IMG/VR virus record: IMGVR_UViG_3300021399_000115
Coordinates: 1-64,000 of that record
Source: a virus
Lineage: Duplodnaviria; Caudoviricetes
Reading direction: 5' to 3' (one strand)
DNA: 64,000 bases
A program made the translations under genes and the position numbers. Positions within the stretch are counted from its first letter, which is position 1. Every line of letters starts with the position of its first letter. Below, in pieces: positions 45,027 to 56,079 of this stretch. A model generated the notes under the pieces. The model saw only the letters and a list, made by a program, of their open reading frames with translations, had not been told where the DNA came from and made no database searches.

Positions 45027-45569
45027 TCACTGTTTCTCCCAATCTGAATCAGTAGGTAATTTTCCGCCAAATCGATAATGATCGGCACTCCATTTTAATT
45101 CTAATAATTCGTCAGTGTGTTTTCGCGCTGCGGTATTATATTCGTCGTTCGTAATTTCTTTCATTGTATTTAAAGTTCTATTCCATATATCATCTACATA
45201 AAACCCATAAAAATCAAAGTTACCTAAAAAATAATCCCCAGGACGACTTATGGCTGACCTTTTATAATCAAACCAATATAATGGATGTTCATAGAATATA
45301 AGCGCCGAAACATAATCATCATTGTTTGATCTTTCTGAAATTATTTTGTAATATTTTTTCATTTTAGGGAATATACCATTTTTCGGGCGCGTATCTTCAC
45401 AATAACATTTTCCAACATATTTCCTATTAGTGTTGACATTTTCTCGAATTTGGCTATTGTATTTTTCTTCGATTACTTTTCTTAATTCGGCTAATATTTT
45501 TTGTTTATATTCATCGGAAAGACTATTAATTTCATTTAATATTTCATCTATTTTCATAATGATTACTCC

Positions 45570-48500
45570 TTATAAATTGTCGATCATGTCGTAATCATAC
45601 ATCCAAGCATACATAACCGATGGGTCACTCTCCCAACCGGTATCCGTCTTTTTAATCTTGGGTTCTTTCCCCCAAGATATTAGATATAAAATATCTCCAT
45701 TCGCAAACGGCTGATCGGTAAATGATTTCTTGCATTTGTCATTGCGATTCTTGGGATTACGCTTTTTACGCACTCTCATTTCGGCGGTCGAACCATTATT
45801 TAAGCAGTATGCGGTAAACTTCGGCGAGTACTTATCGTCAAGCTGCGTGACTACGAAATAATTCTTGGGAAGTTTTGGGTCTTTATAATCAATATAGCCG
45901 AGAAGTTCTTCTTCGTATTTGATTTTCTGTTTAACAGAACACGGCGGATACTGACATATGTTTAATAAATATTTCAGTAGTTGCCTAGTATGAATACCAT
46001 CAAATTTGCCGTATACGGTTTTGGTTGCATACTTCTGTTTTTCTTCATCGGTTATCTCATACTTCTTAAAAATCTTTGCGAAGCTATAGCCGTTGGGGAT
46101 TTTATCCTTAGTGCCGTCATCATGTTTCTCATGCTTATATTTGATACAATCCTGAAGTTCTTCTTCGATATTAACTATGCCGAGTGAACGTAGATACAGA
46201 TTGTAGTCAATTTCGTCAACATGTGTCGGTGTTTCGGAATCGCAGAATTTACGGAGTGTTTCCTCTGTGAGTAACTTTACGAATGGGGAATCCTTTTTGA
46301 TGGATTTTTTGCCGTATAATTTATCAAACTGCCCGGTAATTTGTAATAACTGATTTATATCACCAAAATCGCTAAAAAATCCTAGCTTTATAAGAATATC
46401 CAACTGAGTTTTATTTACCGATGTATTTTCTTTTATATCAAATAGAAGATCAACAAAATCGTTATAATGATTCTTGCTCAATTCATATAACTCTTCTGCC
46501 ATTTTTGCATTGCACTCTTTGATAGATTCAATATCATTGTAAATACAATTCTCATCTACATCCATAAAATAGTCTGCACGAGATTTTCCGAATCTAATAG
46601 GTCTAATCTGAATACCTTTTGATTTAACATATGATTTAATCTCTATCATCTTGGATTCATTCGCTTTATATACATTTAAAGCAGCAGTAAAAAGCTGAAG
46701 CGGATAATAGTAGCGTAAATATCCAATATACCATCCAATCATGCTGTAAGGTACCGAATGATTTTTTGAAAAAATATATGACGAGGCATCCTCTATTACA
46801 CCAAGAAAATACTCAATACTTTTTTCAGCATGTTCTTTTGTCATACCATATTTTTCTTGTGCTATATGTATATATCCAGGAACATATCTATCATCTTTAT
46901 TACCGTGAATATCATCCATATATCCACCATCTTTAATAATAGGTATATATTTTTCAGTACCAGTTTTTTTGGCAAATCCTCTTCTAATAATATCGGCTTG
47001 ACCCATTGTAAAACCACAGAAATCATGTAAAAAATCTATAATCTGCTCTTGGTAAACGAGGTACCCCAGTGTAGAAACTAAAAAATTATTTAGGGCTTCT
47101 TCACCGTTATCGTGATACTCACCATTGAATAATGCATCTCTATATGATTCACCAGCCGGTCGAATTGCACCTGACGCCATTGCCATAATATCCAAATATG
47201 ATATGTTTTTATTTTTCTTCTTAATTTTGTCAACAGTCTTTGGGCTAAATACTTTGCCCAATGCTTCTCCAGCATAATCAGACTCGAACTGGAATATCAT
47301 TGTTGCATCTTCAGCAATTGATTTAATAATATTCTCGTCCGTGAAATCAACCATATCTGGAGTAAGATTTGGTATCCCGGCCAACTTACATGCTTTGTTT
47401 ATTAACCCGACAGCATTTAATCCAAGAAGATCCATCTTGACATAATTTAAAGAATCAATTTCATGCATGTCAATCTGACTAACAGGACGGGGGTCTGTAT
47501 CAACCGTAAGAGTCCCAAAATCATATCTTAAATCAGTTGGAGAAACTACTATTCCGGCTGCGTGTCGCCCAAGCGATACTATTGTTCCCATGACCATATC
47601 CACATAAAAAAATAGTTCTGGATATTTTTTTCTTATTTCATCTGGAACGAACTCATTTTTTTTGTCATCTTCATAGACGGTATTAGAAATTTTTTGTGCT
47701 TCATCAATTGGCATATCAAATGCCCTTGCAACGTCTTTAATGGCGCCTCTCATTTTTATTGTATTAAAAGTAAGAATGTTACAACAATATACGTCAGGAC
47801 GATTAAAGAAATATTCTCGCACCTTATATCTATCTTCGGCATAAATATCGGTATCCACGTCAGCCAACGATTGGCGGTCTGGGTTCATAAACCTGGAAAA
47901 ATTTAAATTATATTTTACAGAATCGACATCAGTGCTATGTATAAGCCATGCAATTAAACTGCCTGACACAGATCCTCTTGATGGTCCATAATACATGCCT
48001 TGTTCTCTCATCCAATTTTTATAATCAGAGTCAAGCAACATAAAATCTATAGCATCATTATGCTTATATGTGTCGAATTCTTCTTTTATCCTCGGAAGAT
48101 AATCAGTCTCATAATTTGGCAGCTCTTCAAGTTTATGTTCTTTAATTCCATCCTTGATACGTTTTTTAAATTCCTCTTCCGCATTTTCTCTTCTAGGATA
48201 TTTATTACTATAATCAAGTTTATAATCTTCAACTAACTCTGCAATATGATTTGTTTCAGCTATAGCGGCAAGATAAACTTCTTCTTGGAGCGAGTCCTGT
48301 GTTTTAAAAACATTAATCATTTCGTTATAATCATGCCAGCTTAAATCACATTCATCCTCATCATGAAACACAATTTTTTTTGATTTTTGCATGACGGCTC
48401 TTCCCATTAAGTGATCTTTAGATACTGCATGCACATCACTCGTGGCAACAAGAGGGATATTGAATTCCTGTGATATTTTATAAAGATACTGATTATACTG

Positions 48501-49055
48501 AATTTGAGTATCGAACTTATGCGGTTGTATTTCTAACCAACAACGATGTTTATTATTGATTATAAATGTGAGAAATTTTTCTTTTACTGAAGATGTCCCC
48601 CTACATAAAATGCCGGCACAACAAGCGGTAAGTATTAAAACATTATCAGAAGTATTAAGGACATCAGATAATTCAATCCTTGGTGTGTAATAATAATGTC
48701 CATCCTCCCGGTTATTAGCTATTGATGAGAGATAATTAATCTCTCTAACGCCCTCTTTATTTTTAGCAAGCATTATAAGATGATAATTATCTCTCACTAA
48801 ATTTTCTTTATCGATTGTTTCTGTTATATAAAATTCTTGACCGTGGATGTATTTTATTCCATTCTTTTCACACATCTGCTTTTTAGCAACGTTATGTAGT
48901 ACCGCGCCATGTTCTGTAAAAGCGATAGCTGTCATACCACATTCTTTTGCTTTTAATATATAATCCTGAAACGGTGTTACTGAATCTATTGTTAAACCAC
49001 TTTTAGGGTTGGAATCCATACTATGTAAATGAAGCACGGTATAATTATTACCCAT
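45570..49055 (-). CDS. dnaE: DNA polymerase III alpha subunit (family C)
   Basis: PHP domain (HLHS, TEHG, SDVH), RGSVSGSL, DVDTD, GRHAAG, KMDLLGL, FQFES and FSKNHS. Confidence 0.97.
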   Translation of the reverse strand: MGNNYTVLHLHSMDSNPKSGLTIDSVTPFQDYILKAKECGMTAIAFTEHGAVLHNVAKKQMCEKNGIKYIHGQEFYITETIDKENLVRDNYHLIMLAKNKEGVREINYLSSIANNREDGHYYYTPRIELSDVLNTSDNVLILTACCAGILCRGTSSVKEKFLTFIINNKHRCWLEIQPHKFDTQIQYNQYLYKISQEFNIPLVATSDVHAVSKDHLMGRAVMQKSKKIVFHDEDECDLSWHDYNEMINVFKTQDSLQEEVYLAAIAETNHIAELVEDYKLDYSNKYPRRENAEEEFKKRIKDGIKEHKLEELPNYETDYLPRIKEEFDTYKHNDAIDFMLLDSDYKNWMREQGMYYGPSRGSVSGSLIAWLIHSTDVDSVKYNLNFSRFMNPDRQSLADVDTDIYAEDRYKVREYFFNRPDVYCCNILTFNTIKMRGAIKDVARAFDMPIDEAQKISNTVYEDDKKNEFVPDEIRKKYPELFFYVDMVMGTIVSLGRHAAGIVVSPTDLRYDFGTLTVDTDPRPVSQIDMHEIDSLNYVKMDLLGLNAVGLINKACKLAGIPNLTPDMVDFTDENIIKSIAEDATMIFQFESDYAGEALGKVFSPKTVDKIKKKNKNISYLDIMAMASGAIRPAGESYRDALFNGEYHDNGEEALNNFLVSTLGYLVYQEQIIDFLHDFCGFTMGQADIIRRGFAKKTGTEKYIPIIKDGGYMDDIHGNKDDRYVPGYIHIAQEKYGMTKEHAEKSIEYFLGVIEDASSYIFSKNHSVPYSMIGWYIGYLRYYYPLQLFTAALNVYKANESKMIEIKSYVKSKGIQIRPIRFGKSRADYFMDVDENCIYNDIESIKECNAKMAEELYELSKNHYNDFVDLLFDIKENTSVNKTQLDILIKLGFFSDFGDINQLLQITGQFDKLYGKKSIKKDSPFVKLLTEETLRKFCDSETPTHVDEIDYNLYLRSLGIVNIEEELQDCIKYKHEKHDDGTKDKIPNGYSFAKIFKKYEITDEEKQKYATKTVYGKFDGIHTRQLLKYLLNICQYPPCSVKQKIKYEEELLGYIDYKDPKLPKNYFVVTQLDDKYSPKFTAYCLNNGSTAEMRVRKKRNPKNRNDKCKKSFTDQPFANGDILYLISWGKEPKIKKTDTGWESDPSVMYAWMYDYDMIDNL

Positions 49056-49967
49056 TTATGCCACCTTTAATACCTTATATTTAATAATATCTAAATTACT
49101 CGGTACATTCTCTAAAATTATTTTATTCATTATATCGCTTGATTCTTTATCAAGTGTGATATATCTTGTGTCTTTTTGATACCATGCAATAGCATTAAAA
49201 AGTTCTTTTAATTTTCTAATATATAAATCCTTCTCTTCCTTACTCCACTCAGCTAAACATATTTCCCAGTCATATCCATTATAATAACCATCGTCCAAAA
49301 AATGAGTTGAAAATCCAAAATCATCCAGATAATCAATTTTATCATATCGTGTCATATCTCTAATTTTAGCCAACTGGTCGATTTCTCTAGTTGTTATTCT
49401 ATATGATGCTTGACATTCATAAGACTTATTATTAAACCATTTTATTTTCGCTGGATAACACGTTGGCCCTTTTAATTTACACATGTTTTTTAATATATTA
49501 AACTTCCAAAACATATAATCCTTCTGATTTTCCGCATGTGACTCAATATATACAGAATGCTTTTTTGCTATATGCCCATCACCAAGACATCCAGAAATAA
49601 CCAACATTTTTTGTAAATCATTTAATCTAAAATCTCGTTTATAGTCTAAGCGATGCTTCTCATATAGCCATTTTTCAATTACTCTCTTTGAGTATCCAGA
49701 TTCTTCTGCTATTTCTTCGGCTGACATACATCTATTAATAAAACGTTCATAGCACCAATCATAATCATTATAATCGGCACTATATTTTGCGTTATTTGTT
49801 TTAATGTATTTTTTTGTTAATCCAATTTTTTTAGCCTTTGAAGAAATAGCTCCAGTCGTTCTTTTCGGAAGCATTTTAATAACTTCGGACATTGGCATAT
49901 ATTTGCTATAACACTCTTCTAGTATTTTTATCTCTTCATCTGTCCATTCAGATCCTTTCTTTGCCAA
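49056..49967 (-). CDS. LAGLIDADG-type homing endonuclease with N-terminal HTH-like region
   Basis: VISGCLGDGHI and THFLDDGY motifs. Confidence 0.8.
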   Translation of the reverse strand: MAKKGSEWTDEEIKILEECYSKYMPMSEVIKMLPKRTTGAISSKAKKIGLTKKYIKTNNAKYSADYNDYDWCYERFINRCMSAEEIAEESGYSKRVIEKWLYEKHRLDYKRDFRLNDLQKMLVISGCLGDGHIAKKHSVYIESHAENQKDYMFWKFNILKNMCKLKGPTCYPAKIKWFNNKSYECQASYRITTREIDQLAKIRDMTRYDKIDYLDDFGFSTHFLDDGYYNGYDWEICLAEWSKEEKDLYIRKLKELFNAIAWYQKDTRYITLDKESSDIMNKIILENVPSNLDIIKYKVLKVA

Positions 49968-50837
49968 TCAATCACCACCCTCATTCATTATCCTCAACAT
50001 CTCCAACTGTTCATATTTATACGGGCAATGATACCTAATAGAACACAAATTCATGCAGTAAAACGGCGGGTATTTATTCTCCTCTTGGGCTTTAATAAGT
50101 TCTTTATTTATACCCCATTCAGTCTCATTCTCAATTCTATTAATCGTATCAGCTGCCCAGGTAATACTGGCTTCATATTCCTTCTGATCAAACGGTATTT
50201 CAATAAATCGTTGTTCCTTGAATAAATTCCATTTTAATTTATCCACATGACCATATTCTTCAATTATTGGTTTTGCATACAGGTATAACTGTTTCTTAAA
50301 TGATTCAAAATGCTCTCTGTCTTTCTTGGAAACTGCGCCTGATTTAAGAATTTTTATCGAAGCACTTTTGTGGTCTTCGATAATAATCTCACCAGTGTCT
50401 TTATCCTGGAGCAACAAATCTATGAATCCGATACAATCATAACCGTTGATGTCGAAGTTTACCTCACGTTCCACGCCGAGTATATTATAGCGGTCAAGGT
50501 CTAGATTAATGTTATCCAGGTAATCTAAACCTTGTTCATAATACTTCTGGCGAAGGTCAACGTATTTATTCGGCGGAAAATCATAGGTCACCACTTCATT
50601 AAAATGTTCTTCGTAGTACTGGCTCAATTCAAATATATCAAGTTCACCTTTAGCGTATTTTTCCAAAATAGAATGGATTAGCGAACCAAACTGTGCCATT
50701 GCGGAATCATCTTTTTCGGTAGTAGCATCAATGTAAACTCTATACCACTCGTATGGGCACGTATCGAAGCTATTTAGCCGTGAAAAGCTCCACTTCATCG
50801 TTGATATAACAAAATCATCACAATTGTATTCATTCAT
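49968..50837 (-). CDS. PD-(D/E)XK (RecB/Cas4-like) exonuclease
   Basis: SFSRL..CP, GSLIH, GFIDL, IEDHKS, QLYLY and C-terminal cysteines. Confidence 0.88.
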   Translation of the reverse strand: MNEYNCDDFVISTMKWSFSRLNSFDTCPYEWYRVYIDATTEKDDSAMAQFGSLIHSILEKYAKGELDIFELSQYYEEHFNEVVTYDFPPNKYVDLRQKYYEQGLDYLDNINLDLDRYNILGVEREVNFDINGYDCIGFIDLLLQDKDTGEIIIEDHKSASIKILKSGAVSKKDREHFESFKKQLYLYAKPIIEEYGHVDKLKWNLFKEQRFIEIPFDQKEYEASITWAADTINRIENETEWGINKELIKAQEENKYPPFYCMNLCSIRYHCPYKYEQLEMLRIMNEGGD

Positions 50838-50864
50838 CCGGTGATAATTCTCCTTTATTGTGTT

Positions 50865-50905
50865 ATGTGGTACATGAACTATAGTTTATAATCCATGTAC
50901 CACAT
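50865..50905. terminator. Inverted-repeat hairpin (terminator-like)
   Basis: ATGTGGTACATG ... CATGTACCACAT, 12-bp perfect arms, intergenic. Confidence 0.5.
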
Positions 50906-50913
50906 CGTTAATA

Positions 50914-51900
50914 TTATTTGCTAATCAAATCGTTAATATCTACCAGCATTTCGCCGGAACTGCCGGACACTGTCGGAACATCACCATTCCACTTATCAAT
51001 TTTAGATTTCTCAATAAGTTCGTCAGTAAGACTTTCGGCAATTAATTTGTTAGCTTCAGCTTCTGCCTCAGCTTTGATTTTCTTTGCTTCCGCCTCACCT
51101 TCGGCTTTAATTTTTGCTTGTTCCGCATTAATAACAGCCGTCTCTTTTTCCTGTTCCGCCAGAATAATTGCTGTTTCCTTATCTTGCTGTGCCTTAGTAA
51201 GAGCAACTTCTTTTTCTTGGTCGGCTTTTACCTGTGCAGTTTTCTTCTCAGTCTGAGCAAGTTCTAGCTCCTGGATTGCATTCACTCTACGCTGAACTTG
51301 AGCTCTCGTCTCTTCATCGGCATCAATATTTATCAAACTGGTATTTTCGACAATAATCCCATAAGGAGCAAATTTGTCTCTGATATAATTTGACACATCA
51401 ATATTAAGGTTGGCCCTTTCCTCTCCGAGAATTTCTGTAACCGGATATTTTGCGGTAACCTCTTTGACCCATGAGATAATATTCGGCTTAATAAACGAAT
51501 CGCGAACTTCTTTACCGGACTGCCCTTTAAATTTGGTGAACAGCGTTGTTACCTTTTCCGGATCATATCTATAAGTAAATGTAAAATCTACTCTAAGACC
51601 TTTACCGTCACTAGTGGGCGCCTCGAAGCTATCATCGTCCGTAGAATCTCCATCTTTTCCGGATGTTAAATAACTCTGTTCAATTCCGATAGAATATAAT
51701 GTAACTTGTTTAGTAGGACCAACAACATGCCATCCTTGCGTAAGCACCTCATCGGAAACACCACCGCTCATGTTATAAACTATTCCTACATATCCAGCAG
51801 GGACTTTCTCCATCATCATAAAAAATACAATTACCGCAAAAAGTAACAAAACTCCGGTTACTATTGCTCCTACTTTAGCTTTCATCGTCATCCTCCTCAT
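50914..51900 (-). CDS. SPFH/prohibitin (band 7) membrane protein
   Basis: N-terminal TM helix, VPAGYVGI, coiled coil AEAEAEAN and KWNG.VP. Confidence 0.9.
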   Translation of the reverse strand: MRRMTMKAKVGAIVTGVLLLFAVIVFFMMMEKVPAGYVGIVYNMSGGVSDEVLTQGWHVVGPTKQVTLYSIGIEQSYLTSGKDGDSTDDDSFEAPTSDGKGLRVDFTFTYRYDPEKVTTLFTKFKGQSGKEVRDSFIKPNIISWVKEVTAKYPVTEILGEERANLNIDVSNYIRDKFAPYGIIVENTSLINIDADEETRAQVQRRVNAIQELELAQTEKKTAQVKADQEKEVALTKAQQDKETAIILAEQEKETAVINAEQAKIKAEGEAEAKKIKAEAEAEANKLIAESLTDELIEKSKIDKWNGDVPTVSGSSGEMLVDINDLISK

Positions 51901-52047
51901 TATCCTTTGTTATATATTTAAAGCACTCTATCCATGTCACGATTGCCTTCCCAATTATTGGAAATAACATTGCACTTGCAACCCATATTAAAAATGCTCC
52001 TATCAACACGCACAATATAAAAACAGGGTTAATAATTATCACCTACT

Positions 52048-53052
52048 TTATAATTTTATTTTGTTGTTATATAAATATGTCCAAGTATCTTTCCCCTGAT
52101 CACATGGCGAATCCTTATCTTGTAGCAATCTCCATCTATCATAAACAACATAAACGTTAGTAAATCTTTTTAATAATTCTGTACATTCACGTATTTTTTT
52201 CATCTGAACGTCTTTATCGAACGCAATAACCACATCTCGAACCTTCATTCGAATTAATAACTCAATCTGGTATTCATTCAGCTTGGACGTTTCGGCAGAT
52301 ACTGTATTATGAAATCCCCACTGGTCGAGTTTCATGACCGATTTGATACCCTCAACAATAATTATTTCTTGTGTTTCTTTTATATATTCATCTGCTTGCA
52401 TTGCACATGTAAAATAATCAAGAATTCCAATTTTGTGATAATTCATATACTTCATAATTCCTAACGTTTTGAAATCCTTATACATAGTACGACCCTTTAC
52501 AGCTATAAAATTAAAATTTGCGTCTCTTACTGGATAAACAATTCTATTACTACATGGGTCGATTCGTATTTCGTATTTCTTCATTTCCTCCGCCGAAATA
52601 CCTTCGTCTAACCATTCTTGTGGAACTTCGTCTAAATATTTTTGGTTATAATCTGCCTCAATATCTAATATTTTTCTGTTATTAACCAAATGATTATTGC
52701 CTAGATGATTTAATCTATTGAGAAGCTTATAAAATGACATCGTTTCTGACTCAATATAATATTGAATATCAGACCCCGTCATATTTATAACTTTTTTAAC
52801 TGCTTGGTCAAATGTCAATCCTTCTGTCATCATTATCCATGTAAAGATATTTCCAGACCTTCCACAACCAAAGCAATGAAAAAAGTTCTCGTTAGTATTC
52901 AATGCAAAACTTGCCGTGTCCTCATTATGAAATGGACAAATTGCAAAATATGTATTTCCAGAATGTTTAACAAAATCTAACGTGTTTGATACATAATCAA
53001 AAAGATCCACTTTCTCAGCTAGTTCTTCAAGTGCTTCTTGGGAATATTTCAC
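52048..53052 (-). CDS. dnaG: DNA primase
   Basis: CHC2 zinc finger (CPFH..HCFGC), KGR, Toprim VEG and AFDKD. Confidence 0.92.
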   Translation of the reverse strand: MKYSQEALEELAEKVDLFDYVSNTLDFVKHSGNTYFAICPFHNEDTASFALNTNENFFHCFGCGRSGNIFTWIMMTEGLTFDQAVKKVINMTGSDIQYYIESETMSFYKLLNRLNHLGNNHLVNNRKILDIEADYNQKYLDEVPQEWLDEGISAEEMKKYEIRIDPCSNRIVYPVRDANFNFIAVKGRTMYKDFKTLGIMKYMNYHKIGILDYFTCAMQADEYIKETQEIIIVEGIKSVMKLDQWGFHNTVSAETSKLNEYQIELLIRMKVRDVVIAFDKDVQMKKIRECTELLKRFTNVYVVYDRWRLLQDKDSPCDQGKDTWTYLYNNKIKL

Positions 53053-53064
53053 ATGTAATCTACC

Positions 53065-54156
53065 TCACTTATCAATAACTATTGCTTGCGAATTATCATA
53101 TGATCTATCTTTAAAATACACTTCTTCGGCAGCTTTCCTTGCTTTTACAGCATCTTCAAATTTATTAAAATCACCAAGATGATAAACAACATAATCTTTT
53201 GTTATTACTGCTCTCCAGCGATTAGTATCTTGCCTATAATATACACCAGGAACACCAGAAGTATTATTTGACGCAATTTTTCTATTCATGCTGTTTTGAG
53301 ACTGAGTTGCTAATCTTAAATTTGACTTTCGATTATCATTTTTTCTTTCCGTATGTATGTGATCCACTTGTAAATTATTGTCTTTTAAATAATCTGACAT
53401 AATGACTCTATGCATAAAAACTGTGCGCTGTTTATCACTTAAATGCTCTTTTGAAACAACGTATCCTTTCTTATCACTTTCTACAAACCAATATCTATCT
53501 TTTATTTTGTCATAATCTTCTAAATCAAAATAAAATTCTCTTCCGCTTGTATCAAATCCGATTCCATAATCGCCATCTAAACGATACTCATTTTTAACTG
53601 GGTTTCTAAAATTTTCCCCCAGTAAACATCCGCAAGATTTAACACCGCCACTTCTTAGGTTTCCAGTAGAGACTGTTTTTATATTTCCACATTGACAAGA
53701 ACATATCCATCTACGATTATGTTTGTCTTTAACTTTGCTGTAGTCAAAATTAGTGTCCAATCCTATAACTGTCAATCTACCAAATTTATGACCGGTTAAA
53801 TCCTTTTTATATAAACAACCGCATGATTTTGTATTACCAGATTTTAAATTATCACCAGAAACAATAACATGATTTAAGTTCTCACAAGAGCACTCACATT
53901 CATATTTTGTTTTTTTACTTTGTTTATCTGATATTTTTTTGACCACAGTTAATAATCCAAATTTTCGCCCGACCATATAATCAAAATCTGGATATTTTTT
54001 ATTTAAACCAAGTGCCACGGCCATTCTAGCTAATGATCGATCATCCTTGTCTTCTAATTCTTTAATAGTCCAAATTGGTGTTTTATTAGTATATGCCGTT
54101 ATCAATATATTCTTTTCTTTTTCAGACCATCCCGTATACATCACCTCAATCTTCAA
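53065..54156 (-). CDS. HNH homing endonuclease with AP2 domain
   Basis: Repeated KFG.LTV/CxCxC/SCGC units, MHR..VDHI..DNRKSNLR and NTSGVPGV..WRA..ARKAAE. Confidence 0.9.
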   Translation of the reverse strand: MKIEVMYTGWSEKEKNILITAYTNKTPIWTIKELEDKDDRSLARMAVALGLNKKYPDFDYMVGRKFGLLTVVKKISDKQSKKTKYECECSCENLNHVIVSGDNLKSGNTKSCGCLYKKDLTGHKFGRLTVIGLDTNFDYSKVKDKHNRRWICSCQCGNIKTVSTGNLRSGGVKSCGCLLGENFRNPVKNEYRLDGDYGIGFDTSGREFYFDLEDYDKIKDRYWFVESDKKGYVVSKEHLSDKQRTVFMHRVIMSDYLKDNNLQVDHIHTERKNDNRKSNLRLATQSQNSMNRKIASNNTSGVPGVYYRQDTNRWRAVITKDYVVYHLGDFNKFEDAVKARKAAEEVYFKDRSYDNSQAIVIDK

Positions 54157-55510
54157 ACGGGGTTGCTCCCGGTATTTTATGTTTTTTGGCTTCTTTTATG
54201 TTCATCAGATCACCGACAAACTGCACGTCAACGTAATCGTCATCGCCGCCATGAATACTTCCGTTACGATTTTTAGCAACTTGAATACAATAATTGCCAC
54301 AATCAATCCCATCTTGTTTAAGCTGTTCAACAGTTTTGTCTTTCCAATACATTAAGACATCCGCATATCTTTCTGGTTTTTGCGAATCCGAGACATTTCC
54401 AGTCATCTTGTTTAATTGAAGACCGGCTAGTATCGGTATTTCCAATGTTCCGGCAATTGATTTAAGAAAGTCAGCCATCAAGCCCAGGCTTTGAGATATT
54501 TCAGCCGCTCCTCTCATTTCGGATGGTTTTATATAATCGTATATTGCGAATCCTAACTGACTTTTGTTGTGCCACTTGCGGAATGTCTGCTCAACCACCG
54601 TTCTACTAAAAATTGGCTGATATTCATGGACAAATCCGGGAGATTTTTTAATAAATTCCATCGCTTTTTGAATGCGGTCAAATTCCTCATTGGTGTATTT
54701 ACCAGACTTGATTTTTTTGACCGTAACTCCACTTAAACATGCAATCGCTCTTGGCAAAAACACTTTATCGGTTAGCTCGGTGTCAATAATTACAATTGGT
54801 ATTCCATTTTTTAGCGCATATAATCCTTGGTTCATAAAATAACTAGACTTACCTCGACCGGTTGCCCCGGCAACGAGTACAAGTTCGCCCTTGCCAAATG
54901 TAAAATAATCGTCTAACGTCGGAATTAAATTTGGTATGCCGATGCTACCGTCCTCATTCCTGTCCTCACAAATTTCTTCCCATATAGCATCAATTTTTTC
55001 ACCAAGTTGGACGCTGTCTCCGCCAAAGATAAACTTTTCAGCAATTTTATCTATTCCATTATTAACATAGTCATTCAGCGTATCTAACGTAATCTCCTTG
55101 TTAAAACATTCTTTTCCAATATCAACCGAAAACCCACATAGATCACGTCGAAATGCTAAACTGACAACGGTGTTAGCTAATAATTTATACTCCTCATATG
55201 TTCCTCTGGCTGCAATTTTAGATAATTCGATATATTCCTGAAGGTTTGTTAGTCCGTATTTGTCTGCAATTTTTTGGCAACCAGGGCTACTATAAATAAC
55301 ATTGTGCAGATTTAAACTATCAATTTTAGTAACTCCGCTTTTTACTAGTTCTTCAATTCCCCAAAACAGGAGTTGATTTTCTTGATTGTAAAAAAAACGA
55401 GGGCGTAAGTTGTTGTCACTAAGAAGATATTCGGGATGATGGATTAATGAGGCAATTACGCCACCCTCTGCCGAATTATCCACTAACTCCGATATACTTC
55501 TTGCCAACAA
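54146..55510 (-). CDS. dnaB: Replicative helicase
   Basis: Walker A GATGRGKS, DTE, YDYIK, QLN and AKNRNG. Confidence 0.92.
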   Translation of the reverse strand: MLARSISELVDNSAEGGVIASLIHHPEYLLSDNNLRPRFFYNQENQLLFWGIEELVKSGVTKIDSLNLHNVIYSSPGCQKIADKYGLTNLQEYIELSKIAARGTYEEYKLLANTVVSLAFRRDLCGFSVDIGKECFNKEITLDTLNDYVNNGIDKIAEKFIFGGDSVQLGEKIDAIWEEICEDRNEDGSIGIPNLIPTLDDYFTFGKGELVLVAGATGRGKSSYFMNQGLYALKNGIPIVIIDTELTDKVFLPRAIACLSGVTVKKIKSGKYTNEEFDRIQKAMEFIKKSPGFVHEYQPIFSRTVVEQTFRKWHNKSQLGFAIYDYIKPSEMRGAAEISQSLGLMADFLKSIAGTLEIPILAGLQLNKMTGNVSDSQKPERYADVLMYWKDKTVEQLKQDGIDCGNYCIQVAKNRNGSIHGGDDDYVDVQFVGDLMNIKEAKKHKIPGATPFED

Positions 55511-56065
55511 TTACACCCCCAATACACTTGAAAATCTTGACTTTTTGTTATTCGTTGTTTTTGATTGCGGAATTTTTTCCATATCCAAATCGGGTAAATC
55601 TAACTCAAACTCATTTGCCAAAAACACCTCTTCCTGTTGTTTCAACTGGTTGCGAATCTTCCACTCTTGTTCCTTATCCCAGGCGTCCTTAACATCCTTA
55701 TCCTGGATAATGTAATGTAATCCGGGCGGATGGTTAAGTTTGCCGGGTTTATAGTTAATAAAATACTGTAGTGCAAACTTTAAGTAGTCTACATCCACAT
55801 GTTTGTCTAAAACCAAGTAATTTATAGTAGATACGAGCCCGCCGATTTGTTTTCCGGTCAATGTCGGGTCTATATATTTATAGAATAAATCCCTAATTTC
55901 ATTGACCGTCTGCATGACGTGATAACAGTCCGGGTGGTAGTAATGTTTCTGCTTCCCACCCTGAACTGCCTCATCTTTAAGTAGCTGGGTACTCTCATGG
56001 AGTTTACGGCATTTGGGGTATCTACAATTCACCATTTTAGGCGGTCGTTTTTTAGCCATAGCCAA
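55511..56065 (-). CDS. Zn-finger protein preceding the helicase (possible loader/initiator)
   Basis: CRYPKC..HPDC; position between ssb and dnaB. Confidence 0.4.
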   Translation of the reverse strand: MAMAKKRPPKMVNCRYPKCRKLHESTQLLKDEAVQGGKQKHYYHPDCYHVMQTVNEIRDLFYKYIDPTLTGKQIGGLVSTINYLVLDKHVDVDYLKFALQYFINYKPGKLNHPPGLHYIIQDKDVKDAWDKEQEWKIRNQLKQQEEVFLANEFELDLPDLDMEKIPQSKTTNNKKSRFSSVLGV

Positions 56066-56079
56066 CCTCCGTAGTTTTC

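Noticed and set aside
49968-50837. Cas4 indicating a CRISPR adaptation module
   Set aside because: It lies in the replication block with no cas1/cas2 or array; this is a common phage PD-(D/E)XK exonuclease.
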